From an uncultured Clostridia bacterium (lineage in GTDB: Bacteria; Bacillota; Clostridia; Oscillospirales; Ruminococcaceae), in NCBI GenBank assembly GCA_944387335.1, contig CALXEM010000069.1, forward strand, positions 9,961 to 73,960: DNA of 64,000 nucleotides. The letters are read 5' to 3'. The position numbers and the translations under genes are program-made. The notes under the pieces were generated by a model. It did no database searches. It was not told the origin of the DNA and was given only the letters and a program-made list of their open reading frames with translations. Below are positions 28,064 to 37,487 of this stretch, piece by piece (within the stretch, counting starts at the first letter, position 1; every line of letters starts with the position of its first letter).

Positions 28064-29731
28064 ATGAAAACAGATATCGAAATAGCTCAGGAGGCTAAAA
28101 TGCTTCCTATAAACCAGATTGCGCAAAAGCTCGGTATAACCGAAGAGGAGCTTGAGCCATACGGCAGATTTAAAGCTAAAATTTCCGATGAGGTATATAA
28201 ACGCCTTGAGAATAAGCCAAACGGCAAGCTTGTGCTTGTAACAGCTATAAACCCGACACCTGCGGGCGAAGGTAAAACAACTACTTCTGTGGGACTCGGC
28301 GAAGGAATGGCTAAAATCGGCAAAAACGCAATAATTGCTCTGCGTGAGCCTTCTTTGGGACCTGTATTCGGTATAAAGGGCGGAGCCGCAGGCGGCGGAT
28401 ACGCTCAGGTTGTTCCTATGGAGGACATAAACCTGCACTTTACAGGTGATATGCACGCTATTACAGCGGCAAACAACCTTTTGTGCGCAGTTATCGACAA
28501 TCATCTTCAGCAGGGAAATGAGCTCGGCATAGACCAGAGAAGAATTCTTTTCCGCCGCTGTATGGATATGAACGACCGTGCGCTGAGAAATGTTGTAGTG
28601 GGTCTCGGCGGTAAAATAAACGGTGTTCCGAGAGAGGACTCGTTTATGATAACGGTTGCAAGCGAGATTATGGCAATACTCTGCCTTGCAGACGATTTAA
28701 AGGACCTCAAAGAGCGCCTTTCAAATATACTTGTAGCTTATAATTACAACAATGAGCCTGTATATGTAAGAGATCTCGGCGTTCAGGGCGCTATGACAGC
28801 GCTTTTAAAGGATGCTATAAAGCCTAACCTTGTACAGACACTCGAAAATACACCGGCACTCATGCATGGCGGTCCTTTTGCGAATATCGCACACGGCTGT
28901 AACTCTGTAAGAGCTACAAAGCTTGCACTTAAGCTCGGTGACTACTGCATTACAGAGGCAGGCTTCGGCTCCGACCTCGGCGCTGAGAAATTTATGGACA
29001 TAAAGTGCCGCTATGCGGGTCTTACACCTTCCGTTGTAGTAATTGTAGCTACTCTGAGAGCTCTCAAATACAACGGCGGAGTAGATAAGAAAGAGACATC
29101 CAACGAAAACGTTGAGGCGCTCAAAAAAGGTCTTGTAAACCTCGGCGCACACGTTGAGAATATGCGTAAATTCGGTGTACCTGTACTCGTTGCAATCAAC
29201 AAATTCCCAACAGATACACAAAACGAGATAGATGCTTTGGCTGAGTACTGCAAAGAGTTAAACGTTGAGTACTCTCTCTCTGACGTATACGCAAAGGGCG
29301 GCGAGGGCGCTATTGACCTTGCAAACAAGGTTGTAAAGGCATGCGAAGAGGAAAACAACTTCACATTTATGTATGATACCGACGATACAATTAAGAATAA
29401 GGTATCTGCAATAGCTACAAAGATTTACGGCGCAAAGGATGTTGTGTACACTCCTGCCGCAAGCAAGAGAATAAAGGAAATTGAGGCTTTGGGACAGGAT
29501 AAACTGCCTATATGCGTTGCAAAGACTCAGTATTCGCTCTCCGATAACCCTGCACTTTTGGGCAGACCAGAGAACTTTACAATAACAGTAAAGGACGTCA
29601 AGCTCTCAGCAGGAGCGGGCTTTATAGTAGTTTACACAGGCGATATCATGGTAATGCCGGGACTTCCTAAAAAACCTGCCGCAAACATGATAGACGTTGA
29701 CGAAAACGGAAATATTTCAGGATTATTTTAA
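28064..29731 (+). CDS. fhs: Formate--tetrahydrofolate ligase
   Basis: Starts [16 protein letters not shown], with [15 protein letters not shown] and [13 protein letters not shown]. The ATG at 28064 follows GGAGGT. The ORF-track extension to 27986 is spurious. Confidence 0.96.
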   Translation: MKTDIEIAQEAKMLPINQIAQKLGITEEELEPYGRFKAKISDEVYKRLENKPNGKLVLVTAINPTPAGEGKTTTSVGLGEGMAKIGKNAIIALREPSLGPVFGIKGGAAGGGYAQVVPMEDINLHFTGDMHAITAANNLLCAVIDNHLQQGNELGIDQRRILFRRCMDMNDRALRNVVVGLGGKINGVPREDSFMITVASEIMAILCLADDLKDLKERLSNILVAYNYNNEPVYVRDLGVQGAMTALLKDAIKPNLVQTLENTPALMHGGPFANIAHGCNSVRATKLALKLGDYCITEAGFGSDLGAEKFMDIKCRYAGLTPSVVVIVATLRALKYNGGVDKKETSNENVEALKKGLVNLGAHVENMRKFGVPVLVAINKFPTDTQNEIDALAEYCKELNVEYSLSDVYAKGGEGAIDLANKVVKACEEENNFTFMYDTDDTIKNKVSAIATKIYGAKDVVYTPAASKRIKEIEALGQDKLPICVAKTQYSLSDNPALLGRPENFTITVKDVKLSAGAGFIVVYTGDIMVMPGLPKKPAANMIDVDENGNISGLF

Positions 29732-29769
29732 TAGTTTGGATTGTTTTAGCAGTTTAAGGAGGCTTTGAT

Positions 29770-30198
29770 TTGAAGTTTCACACGGCTTCACCGCTTGAAA
29801 CACAGGCTCTTGGAGAAAAACTTGCCCATAAACTTAAAGCGGGCGATATAATAGCGTATGAGGGCGGACTCGGCATGGGCAAAACCGCCTTTACAAGAGG
29901 TCTTGCAAAAGGGCTGGGGGACGACTCTGAGGTATCGAGCCCGACATTTGCGCTTGTACATGAGTATCTCGGCTGTACGCCCACGCTCTATCACTTTGAT
30001 ATGTACAGGGTGCACACGATGGACGACTTGTACTCAACCGGATTTTTCGACTACCTTGAGGGCGAGAGCATACTCGCCGTCGAATGGAGCGAAAATATAA
30101 CGGATGCGCTCCCCGAGAACACTATATTTGTACGCTTTAAGAGAATTTCGGAAAACGAGCGTGAGATTACGATAGACGGGCTTGCAGGGGAGCTTTGA
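29770..30198 (+). CDS. tsaE: tRNA t6A37 biosynthesis ATPase TsaE (YjeE)
   Basis: Motifs GGLGMGKTAFTRGLAKGL, SPTFALVHEY, YHFDMYR and EWSE. TTG start 7 nt after AGGAGG. Confidence 0.9.
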   Translation: MKFHTASPLETQALGEKLAHKLKAGDIIAYEGGLGMGKTAFTRGLAKGLGDDSEVSSPTFALVHEYLGCTPTLYHFDMYRVHTMDDLYSTGFFDYLEGESILAVEWSENITDALPENTIFVRFKRISENEREITIDGLAGEL

Positions 30199-30224
30199 TT
30201 TAAGGCGAAAGGATTTGTTTAAAA

Positions 30225-30935
30225 GTGAAGATATTAGCAGTTGAAACCTCGGCGTCAGCGGCTTCATGTGCTGTATATGATGACGGCAAGCTTTTGGCAG
30301 AGTTTTTTACCGATGTAAAGCTCACTCATAGCCAGACTGTAATGCCGATGACAGAGGCATTGCTCAAATGTGCAAAGATAGAGCTTTCGGATATAGATTT
30401 ATTTGCAGTGGCTTACGGTCCGGGTTCATTTACAGGACTGAGAATAGGAATTGCCGCTGTAAAAGGCTTGGCCTATGCGCAGAATAAGCCGTGCATAGGC
30501 ATTTCCACCTTGGAGGCAATGGCTTATACGATGCAGTCATGTCAGGGATATATATGCTGTGTTATGGACGCGAGATGCTCGCAGGTATATACAGCTACGT
30601 TTAAATGTACCGACGGCAAAATAGAGCGCATATATGACGACGAGGCAATCAAGATAGATGAGCTCAAAGAAAAGCTTATAGCTTTAAATTCAACGATATT
30701 CCTTATTGGAGACGGCGCACAATTATGTTATAATAAATTTGTCAATAAAATACCGTCTGTAAGACTGGCTCCGTTTAATGTAAGAAGTCAGCATGCATCG
30801 GGTATTTGTGCGGCGGCGGCTTTAAAGCCACAGGATGAGTGGCTTACAGCGGATAAGCTTATACCAAGCTATTTAAGGCTTCCTCAGGCTCAGCGCGAGC
30901 TTATGGCTAAAAAAGCCTTGGAGAAAAAAGCCTGA
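30225..30935 (+). CDS. tsaB: tRNA t6A37 biosynthesis protein TsaB (YeaZ)
   Basis: Starts (V)KILAVETSASAASCAV, with GPGSFTGLRIGIAAVKGLA. Confidence 0.9.
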   Translation: MKILAVETSASAASCAVYDDGKLLAEFFTDVKLTHSQTVMPMTEALLKCAKIELSDIDLFAVAYGPGSFTGLRIGIAAVKGLAYAQNKPCIGISTLEAMAYTMQSCQGYICCVMDARCSQVYTATFKCTDGKIERIYDDEAIKIDELKEKLIALNSTIFLIGDGAQLCYNKFVNKIPSVRLAPFNVRSQHASGICAAAALKPQDEWLTADKLIPSYLRLPQAQRELMAKKALEKKA

Positions 30936-30992
30936 TTTTAATAAAGCCGTCATTTTAAAACATATGTAAAAGACAGTAAAGGAGATAAAAAC

Positions 30993-31451
30993 ATGATAGC
31001 AATTGGGTGCGATCACGGAGGATACGAGCTTAAAGAGGAAGTACTCCGTCACCTTGAGGAAAAGGGGATAGAGTACAAGGACTTCGGCTCATACAGCGGA
31101 GAAGCCTGCGATTATCCGATAGTTGCAAAAAAAGTATGCGACTGCGTTGTCTCAAAGGAAGCTGAGCTTGCACTGCTGTTCTGTGGAACAGGTGTGGGAA
31201 TTTCCATGGCGGCAAATAAGGTAAAGGGTATACGCGCCGCTTGCTGTGAGAACTCTTACAGCGCAAAATATACACGTCTGCACAACAATGCAAATGTACT
31301 GTGCATGGGCGGACGCGTTGTCGGAGCAGGTGTTGCCTGCGAGATGGTAGACGCTTTCCTCTCAGCTGAGTTTGAGGGAGGACGCCACGAAAGACGAGTA
31401 AACGAGATTATGGATATTGAGGCAGGAAGAAATCCTGAGGACAGACTGTAA
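30993..31451 (+). CDS. rpiB: Ribose-5-phosphate isomerase B
   Basis: Starts MIAIGCDHGGYELKEEV, with CGTGVGISMAANKVKGIRAA and NANVLCMGGRVVG. Confidence 0.93.
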   Translation: MIAIGCDHGGYELKEEVLRHLEEKGIEYKDFGSYSGEACDYPIVAKKVCDCVVSKEAELALLFCGTGVGISMAANKVKGIRAACCENSYSAKYTRLHNNANVLCMGGRVVGAGVACEMVDAFLSAEFEGGRHERRVNEIMDIEAGRNPEDRL

Positions 31452-31493
31452 TATAAAAATAATATAAAAAACGATATAACGGAGGTGCTCGCA

Positions 31494-32126
31494 ATGAGTC
31501 ATACACCATTTATTATGGATCACCCGCTGATTCAGCACAAAATAAGCCTTTTAAGAGATAAAAACACAGGTTCAAAAGAGTTCAGAGAGCTCATTTCCGA
31601 GGTTGCAATGCTCATGTGCTATGAGGCGACAAGAGATCTGCCTTTAAAGGACGTTGAGATAGAGACACCTATCGGCATGGCTAAAACTAAGGTTATTTCA
31701 GGCAGAAAGCTCGCATTCGTTCCTATCCTGCGTGCAGGTATCGGAATGGTTGACGGCGTTTTAAAGCTTGTTCCTGCTGCTAAGGTTGGTCATATCGGTA
31801 TGTACCGTGACCCAGAGACATTAAAGCCTGTTGACTATTACTGCAAGCTGCCTGTCGATGTAAGCGAGAGAGAAGTAATCGTTATCGATCCAATGCTCGC
31901 AACAGGCGGTTCTGCTGTTGACGCTATCGGAGCTATCAAGGATAAAGGTGTTAAGAATATTAAATTTATGTGCGTTATAGCTGCTCCTGAGGGACTTAAA
32001 GCTCTCTCTGAGGCTCATCCTGACGTTCAGATTTACTGTGCGGCTCTCGACGAGAAGCTCAACGAGCACGGCTACATCGTTCCGGGTCTTGGAGATGCCG
32101 GCGACCGTATTTTCGGCACAAAATAA
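31494..32126 (+). CDS. upp: Uracil phosphoribosyltransferase
   Basis: Motifs [32 protein letters not shown] and [12 protein letters not shown]. The ATG at 31494 lies 9 nt after GGAGG. Confidence 0.95.
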   Translation: MSHTPFIMDHPLIQHKISLLRDKNTGSKEFRELISEVAMLMCYEATRDLPLKDVEIETPIGMAKTKVISGRKLAFVPILRAGIGMVDGVLKLVPAAKVGHIGMYRDPETLKPVDYYCKLPVDVSEREVIVIDPMLATGGSAVDAIGAIKDKGVKNIKFMCVIAAPEGLKALSEAHPDVQIYCAALDEKLNEHGYIVPGLGDAGDRIFGTK

Positions 32127-32180
32127 CTTTTATAGTCTTTATGTTATTAAGGCGGGTTTAAGTTTATAAAAATAAACCGA

Positions 32181-32219
32181 AAAACCACAAGCCCGTTTTA
32201 CTGGGCTTGTGGTTTTTTT
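32181..32219 (+). terminator. Rho-independent terminator after upp
   Basis: aaccacaagccc-gttttact-gggcttgtggtt followed by ttttt. Confidence 0.85.
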
Positions 32220-32237
32220 AAAACGGAGGTTGCGTTT

Positions 32238-33029
32238 ATGGCGTGTTATAATGACAGCAGAAAAGTGCAGGGGCTTTTTCCTGTTGTGAAAAAACAGACT
32301 TTGGCAAAGGAAATATATGACTTCACCATTCTCTGCCCTGAAATTGCTCAAAGAGCATACGCAGGACAGTTTGTTCATATCAGATGCGACGGCTTTACTT
32401 TAAGACGTCCTATCTCTATCTGCGGTATAGATAAAGAAAAGGGCACTATCAGAATAGTATTCGAGATAAGGGGCGCAGGCACACGGGAGATAGCCAAAAT
32501 AAACGAGGGTGAGCTAATCGACGTGCTCGGACCTCTCGGACACGGCTTTGAGGTGCTCGAAAGCGATAAGAAAGCGATAGTTGTAGGAGGAGGAATAGGC
32601 GTGCCTCCTATGCTCGAGACAGCTAAAGCATACGGTGAGAACGCCACAGCCATAATCGGCTTCAGAAGTGCTAATGCAGTTATACTTGAGGACGATTTTA
32701 AAGCCAATAAAAACGATGTTCGCCTTGCCACAGACGACGGCACAAAGGGCACAAAGGGTTTTGTCACACAGCTTTTGAAAGAACGCCTTGAAGAAGGCAA
32801 AGCCGACATAATCTATGCCTGCGGACCTATGCCGATGCTAAAGGGCGTTGTAGCGCTTGCAAATGAGTACGGTGTGCGCTGCCAGGTATCTCTCGAGGAG
32901 AGAATGGGCTGCGGTGTGGGCGCTTGCCTTGTGTGTGCGTGCAAGACTAATAAAGACGGTAAAGAGGGATATTCCCACGTGTGCAAGGACGGTCCTGTAT
33001 TTGAGTCCGGACAAGTTGTATTTGAGTAA
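32238..33029 (+). CDS. pyrK: Dihydroorotate dehydrogenase B electron-transfer subunit
   Basis: FAD/NAD-binding RRPISI motif and C-terminal 2Fe-2S motif MGCGVGACLVCAC...VCKDGPVF. Confidence 0.92.
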   Translation: MACYNDSRKVQGLFPVVKKQTLAKEIYDFTILCPEIAQRAYAGQFVHIRCDGFTLRRPISICGIDKEKGTIRIVFEIRGAGTREIAKINEGELIDVLGPLGHGFEVLESDKKAIVVGGGIGVPPMLETAKAYGENATAIIGFRSANAVILEDDFKANKNDVRLATDDGTKGTKGFVTQLLKERLEEGKADIIYACGPMPMLKGVVALANEYGVRCQVSLEERMGCGVGACLVCACKTNKDGKEGYSHVCKDGPVFESGQVVFE

Positions 33030-33052
33030 TAGAAAGGCGGAGAGGATATATT

Positions 33053-33964
33053 ATGGCTGATATGAAAGTCAAAATAGCCGGAGTTGAGTTTAAAAACCCG
33101 GTTATAACAGCTTCGGGCTGTTTTGGATACGGTAAGGAGTATGATGAGCTCTATGACATTTCCCGCCTTGGCGGAATATCTTTAAAGGGTATGACAATAG
33201 CGGAGAGACTCGGAAATCCTCCGCCGAGAATTGCTGAGACACCGTCCGGTATGCTCAACAGCGTAGGACTGCAAAACCCCGGATTTGATACATTTGTAGA
33301 GGAGGACATGCCGTTTCTGCGCACAAAGGACACAGTGCTTATAGCAAATGTTGCAGGCTCCTGCCTTGAGGACTACTGCAAGATAGTGGAGAAGGTGTCC
33401 GACATAGACATCGACATGATTGAGCTTAACATCTCATGCCCTAATGTAAAAGAGGGCGGAGTTGCGTTCGGTGTTAGCTGTGAGAGCGCCGCTAACGTTG
33501 TAAAAAACGTTAAGCGCTATGCGAAAAAACCGCTTATTGTAAAGCTTTCGCCTAATGTTACGGATATTGCTTCGATTGCTCAGGCGGTAGAGGCTGAGGG
33601 TGCCGACGCTGTTTCCCTTATAAACACGCTTCTCGGTATGAGAATAGACATAAACTCACGCCGCCCGATACTCAAAAACAACGTAGGCGGACTTTCCGGC
33701 CCTGCTGTTTTCCCCGTGGCTGTCCGCATGGTATGGCAGGTTGCAAACAAGGTAAACATTCCTGTTATCGGAATGGGCGGTATTGAGAAACCTGAGGATG
33801 CGATAGAGATGATGATGGCTGGTGCCAGTGCTGTACAGATAGGTGCGGCTATGTTCTATGACCCGTATGCACCGCTCAAGGTTATAGACGGTATGGAAAA
33901 ATGGCTCGACGAGCGCGATATTGCTTCTGTCAATGATATTGTATCGACAGTGAAGCCTTGGTAA
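33053..33964 (+). CDS. pyrD: Dihydroorotate dehydrogenase B catalytic subunit
   Basis: Motifs FKNPVITASG, LNSVGLQNPG, ELNISCPNVKEGG, GGLSGPAVFPVA and IGMGGI. Confidence 0.95.
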   Translation: MADMKVKIAGVEFKNPVITASGCFGYGKEYDELYDISRLGGISLKGMTIAERLGNPPPRIAETPSGMLNSVGLQNPGFDTFVEEDMPFLRTKDTVLIANVAGSCLEDYCKIVEKVSDIDIDMIELNISCPNVKEGGVAFGVSCESAANVVKNVKRYAKKPLIVKLSPNVTDIASIAQAVEAEGADAVSLINTLLGMRIDINSRRPILKNNVGGLSGPAVFPVAVRMVWQVANKVNIPVIGMGGIEKPEDAIEMMMAGASAVQIGAAMFYDPYAPLKVIDGMEKWLDERDIASVNDIVSTVKPW

Positions 33965-33988
33965 CCTCATTTTAAGGAATGATTAGAA

Positions 33989-34657
33989 TTGACTAAGATA
34001 TATTTGGTGCGCCATGCTGAGGCGACGGGCAACATTGACCGCACGTTTCAGGGCATGATTGACACCGACATAAGCGACGGCGGAAAAGAACAGTTAAAAC
34101 GCCTGAGAGCGCGCTTTTGCAAAATACCGCTCGATAAAATCTATACAAGCCCGTTAAAGCGCGCCGTATGTACAGCCGAGGCTGTCAGAGCGGGCAGAGA
34201 CATACCCGTAGTTGAGGACGAGGGACTGTGCGAGATAATGTGCGGCGTATGGGAGGGCAAAAGCTGGGAGAGTTTAGAGCGCGATTACCCGAAAGAGTAC
34301 AGCGACTGGAAAAACAATCCCGAAAGCTTCTGCGCGCCCGAGGGCGAGAGTATGGAGCACGTATATAACAGAATAATCAGTGCCATAAAGAATATAGCGC
34401 AAAAGAATTGCGGCAAAACGATAGCGGTAGTATCGCACGGGTGTGCCTTGAGAAACTTCATGTGCAGTGTGCGCTTCGGGGATATTTCGCACCTTAAAAA
34501 TACCGACTGGCTTGAGCACACGGGTATAAGCTGTATCGAGTACGATAAAGATGAGATAAGGATAGTTTTTGACAACGATTTTTCACACCTTGACGAGAGT
34601 ATGTCCACTTTGAAAAAGCAGGGCTGGATAAGCGGAAGCGTTAAAAAATCGGAGTAA
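33989..34657 (+). CDS. Histidine phosphatase family protein (phosphoglycerate mutase-like)
   Basis: Catalytic LVRHAEATGN motif and downstream VSHG. TTG start after AAGGA. Confidence 0.85.
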   Translation: MTKIYLVRHAEATGNIDRTFQGMIDTDISDGGKEQLKRLRARFCKIPLDKIYTSPLKRAVCTAEAVRAGRDIPVVEDEGLCEIMCGVWEGKSWESLERDYPKEYSDWKNNPESFCAPEGESMEHVYNRIISAIKNIAQKNCGKTIAVVSHGCALRNFMCSVRFGDISHLKNTDWLEHTGISCIEYDKDEIRIVFDNDFSHLDESMSTLKKQGWISGSVKKSE

Positions 34658-34679
34658 TTTGAAAGGAAAAAATATATTT

Positions 34680-35126
34680 ATGAAGATAATGGCTGTTGAT
34701 TTCGGCGACGCAAGAACAGGACTTGCAGTATGCGACAGAACAGAGTTTTTGGCGTCACCTGTCGGAGTTATACACGAAAAAAACTTTGACGTCACTGTGC
34801 AGAAAGTGTCGTATGCCGTAAGGGAATACGATGTGAAACTGGTAGTTGTAGGTTACCCTAAAAACATGAACGGCACAATAGGCGAGAGAGCTGAAAAGTG
34901 CACGCTGTTTGCGGATAAGCTCAGAGAACTTGTAGACGTTCCGGTTGAGATGTGGGACGAGCGAAGCACCACCGTATCAGCAATAAATGCGCTGAACGTA
35001 ACTGATACGAGGGGTAAAAAGCGCAAGGAGGTAGTCGACTCTCTGGCGGCGGCTATAATTCTTGAAAGCTATCTCGATTACAGACATAATCAGCAGGCGC
35101 AGGCTAACGCAAAAAATGAACAGTAA
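34680..35126 (+). CDS. ruvX: Holliday junction resolvase-like nuclease RuvX (YqgF)
   Basis: Starts MKIMAVDFGDARTGLAVCD, with VVGYPKNMNGTIGERAE and DERSTT. Confidence 0.92.
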   Translation: MKIMAVDFGDARTGLAVCDRTEFLASPVGVIHEKNFDVTVQKVSYAVREYDVKLVVVGYPKNMNGTIGERAEKCTLFADKLRELVDVPVEMWDERSTTVSAINALNVTDTRGKKRKEVVDSLAAAIILESYLDYRHNQQAQANAKNEQ

Positions 35127-35529
35127 AAATAAAGCTGCTGACGTTTTCAAAAAGACTGCGGCAATAATTGTCCCCGTAATTGCGATAATTTTACTGTATG
35201 TCTTTAAGGGGTATTTAGTAAACCTGCTGTGGGAAGTTTTCGGCATGTGCCGTGTTTACAAATACACAGGGCTTATGTGCCCCGGTTGCGGCAACACAAG
35301 AAGCGTTACTTCTCTAATGCGCGGGGATATACTGGCATCTTTAAGGTATAATATAACGCCGTTTATACTTGTGGTATTATTACTTGGGAAATACTTAGAG
35401 TGGCTTTTCTCACTTTTCGGAAAGAGAATAAAGCTTTTACCGAAAAATAAGATATTTTACATACTGATTGCGGCGTTTGTTTTAACTTATTATATCGTTA
35501 GAAATTTTATACCGTTTTTAAAGCTGTAA
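35116..35529 (+). CDS. DUF2752 domain-containing membrane protein
   Basis: Has the CPGCGNTRS motif between TM helices. The ATG at 35116 (MNSKNKAADVFKK) overlaps the ruvX end by 11 nt. The longer ORF-track version would overlap ruvX by 65 nt. Confidence 0.75.
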   Translation: MNSKNKAADVFKKTAAIIVPVIAIILLYVFKGYLVNLLWEVFGMCRVYKYTGLMCPGCGNTRSVTSLMRGDILASLRYNITPFILVVLLLGKYLEWLFSLFGKRIKLLPKNKIFYILIAAFVLTYYIVRNFIPFLKL

Positions 35530-35540
35530 AAATATTTAAA

Positions 35541-35576
35541 ACGGCGGTCATCTGTGAGGATGACCGCCGTTATTTA
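35541..35576 (+). terminator. Rho-independent terminator
   Basis: acggcggtcatc-tgtgag-gatgaccgccgt followed by tattta. Confidence 0.7.
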
Positions 35577-35622
35577 CGTTTTATTCCCATTCTGTTCTGA
35601 TAGTAAATACAGATGGTAAATT

Positions 35623-35660
35623 AAAAAATCCCCGCCAAAAGCATTTCAGCGGGGATTTTT
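35623..35660. terminator. Bidirectional terminator
   Basis: aaaaa-atccccgc ... gcggggat-tttt. It serves the minus-strand gene ending at 35672. Confidence 0.7.
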
Positions 35661-35671
35661 AGCTAAACTTT

Positions 35672-36358
35672 TTACATGAACAGCCTTATGCAGTACATAA
35701 AGTACTCGCTCTGTATACTTGATGAGTTTCTGACGAGAATAAATCCGTATACAACAAGCCATATAAGTATCAGTGCAAAGCTTATTGACGACATTATAAT
35801 TCCCGCCACTGCCATGGATTTGCCGTGAAGTGATTTTTTAATGCACACTATGCCGAGTATTATGCTTATAACGGCGCTTGCAAGCGAAACATAGTATATA
35901 CAGCTGAGTAAAATTGAAATTATGCCGAGCACCATTGATGCGATGGCGTATCCCGACGGCTGAGGTCTGTATACAGGCTGTCTGAACTGAGCGTTATACT
36001 GGTAGTTGTACTGAGCCTGATTTGGATTTTGATAGTTGTATTGGTACTGTTGGTGCTGTTGCTGATACTGGTTCTGATACGGCGGCATATTTTGCGGCTG
36101 ATTATAATAACCGTTCGTGTTCGGGTTTTGAAAATTGTTCTTAGCGGGGGTTGGATTTGTATTTATGCCTGCACTTGCACCTTCTGTTTGTGTATATGTA
36201 TTTGTATTATTTTGAGTATTTATATCGCAGTTAGGTATGTTTGTGTTTGTGCCTGCGGCTGGCTGTGCGTTTTCCGGCTGATTTTGATTTTCGTTTACAT
36301 TTATACTTGTGTTTGAGTTTGTGTACTGATTTTCATTGTTGATGTTTTCGTTGCACAT
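35672..36358 (-). CDS. DUF4190-like membrane protein with ~135-aa N/Q/Y/P-rich low-complexity N-terminus
   Basis: N-terminus CNENINNENQYTNSNTSINVNENQNQPEN...QNQYQQQHQQYQYNYQNPNQAQYNYQYNAQ. C-terminal TM hairpins YAIASMVLGIISILL and VAGIIMSSISFAL. The SD is weak, so the start is uncertain. Confidence 0.7.
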   Translation of the reverse strand: MCNENINNENQYTNSNTSINVNENQNQPENAQPAAGTNTNIPNCDINTQNNTNTYTQTEGASAGINTNPTPAKNNFQNPNTNGYYNQPQNMPPYQNQYQQQHQQYQYNYQNPNQAQYNYQYNAQFRQPVYRPQPSGYAIASMVLGIISILLSCIYYVSLASAVISIILGIVCIKKSLHGKSMAVAGIIMSSISFALILIWLVVYGFILVRNSSSIQSEYFMYCIRLFM

Positions 36359-36482
36359 AATCTATACCATAAACTATTAAAAATAAAATTTATCTTTAAT
36401 AGAAGTTTATCCTTTCATTTGCTTTAATATATGTAGATTATAATATTTAATAAGAAAATTCGCAATAGCTCTTTTTAACGTG

Positions 36483-37352
36483 TCACCGCGCGGAATGTTT
36501 AAAATATGACGGCGTGTGCCCTGTTGATTTTTTCATCATACGTGAAAAATAGTTGTAGTCTGATATTCCGACCTTTTGGCACGCCTCTTGAAGCGATGTT
36601 CCGCTCTGTATAAGTGCGGCGGCGTTGTGGGCGCGCATATCGGTGAGATACTGCGTTACAGTTGAGTTTGTATGGAGCTTAAATATCCTGCATATATATG
36701 GCTTGGAGAGCCCGAAATGACGGCATATATTGTCCAAAGTGACTTTCTGGGGGGACATATAGTTGAGCGAAAGATAGCGCAGTATTTTTTTTACGTGTTC
36801 GGTTGAGTCCATGTCATAGCTTCTGACGTTCTTTAAATCGGATACGCCGTCTTTATTGGAAAGACGCATTAAAAGTGTGAAAATCTCATATATACACGAC
36901 TTTACGGCGAGCTCATAACCGTTTTTGCGCTCGCTTTCCTCATTTATAAGGCGTGAGAATACATCAGAGAGAGGCTTGTTGGCACGTATGGCACACGGCA
37001 GAGAGCGCAGGTGCTCTGTTAAAAACGAATCATAGCTTCTGTTCTGGCTTAAAACAGTGTCGGATTTAAAAAATTCGGTGTCAATCTGAACTATATAGTG
37101 AAGCGAGTTTTCCAAAAAGCGCATTCCTCGGTGAGGGGTAAAGCTGTTTACAAAACCTATGTCGCCCGAATAAAGCCAGTTTTCCTCGCCGCCTGCGCTC
37201 AAAAGCACGCCGCCGGACACCACATAGTAAAACTCCAATGGCTCGTGCCAGTGAAATTCACAGCCTGTGCCGTCGGAGTTGTTTTTTCGCTTTAATATTT
37301 TTATGTTCATTCTGTCGGACACAAGGCTTATCTGCTCAAACGGTATAACCAT
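36483..37352 (-). CDS. AraC-family transcriptional regulator (cupin sensor plus HTH)
   Basis: N-terminal cupin-like HWHEPLEFYYVVSGG. C-terminal HTH_18 segment ICRHFGLSKPYICRIFK...ACQKVGISDYNYFSRMMKK. Confidence 0.88.
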   Translation of the reverse strand: MVIPFEQISLVSDRMNIKILKRKNNSDGTGCEFHWHEPLEFYYVVSGGVLLSAGGEENWLYSGDIGFVNSFTPHRGMRFLENSLHYIVQIDTEFFKSDTVLSQNRSYDSFLTEHLRSLPCAIRANKPLSDVFSRLINEESERKNGYELAVKSCIYEIFTLLMRLSNKDGVSDLKNVRSYDMDSTEHVKKILRYLSLNYMSPQKVTLDNICRHFGLSKPYICRIFKLHTNSTVTQYLTDMRAHNAAALIQSGTSLQEACQKVGISDYNYFSRMMKKSTGHTPSYFKHSAR

Positions 37353-37487
37353 ATATACGCCCTCTTTAAAATCTATCAGGATAATTTAATGCTAATTTTA
37401 TATTATAATACTCGTTTTTTATGATTGTGTAAAGTGATAATATTTAATATAGGAATAAATTTGCACAGCGAAAGAGAGGAAAAACAT

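Noticed and set aside
32127-32237. PyrR-type attenuator upstream of pyrK
   Set aside because: The hairpin plus T-tract is positioned as the upp terminator. No PyrR-binding loop (the conserved UCCAGAGAGG-like motif) is visible.
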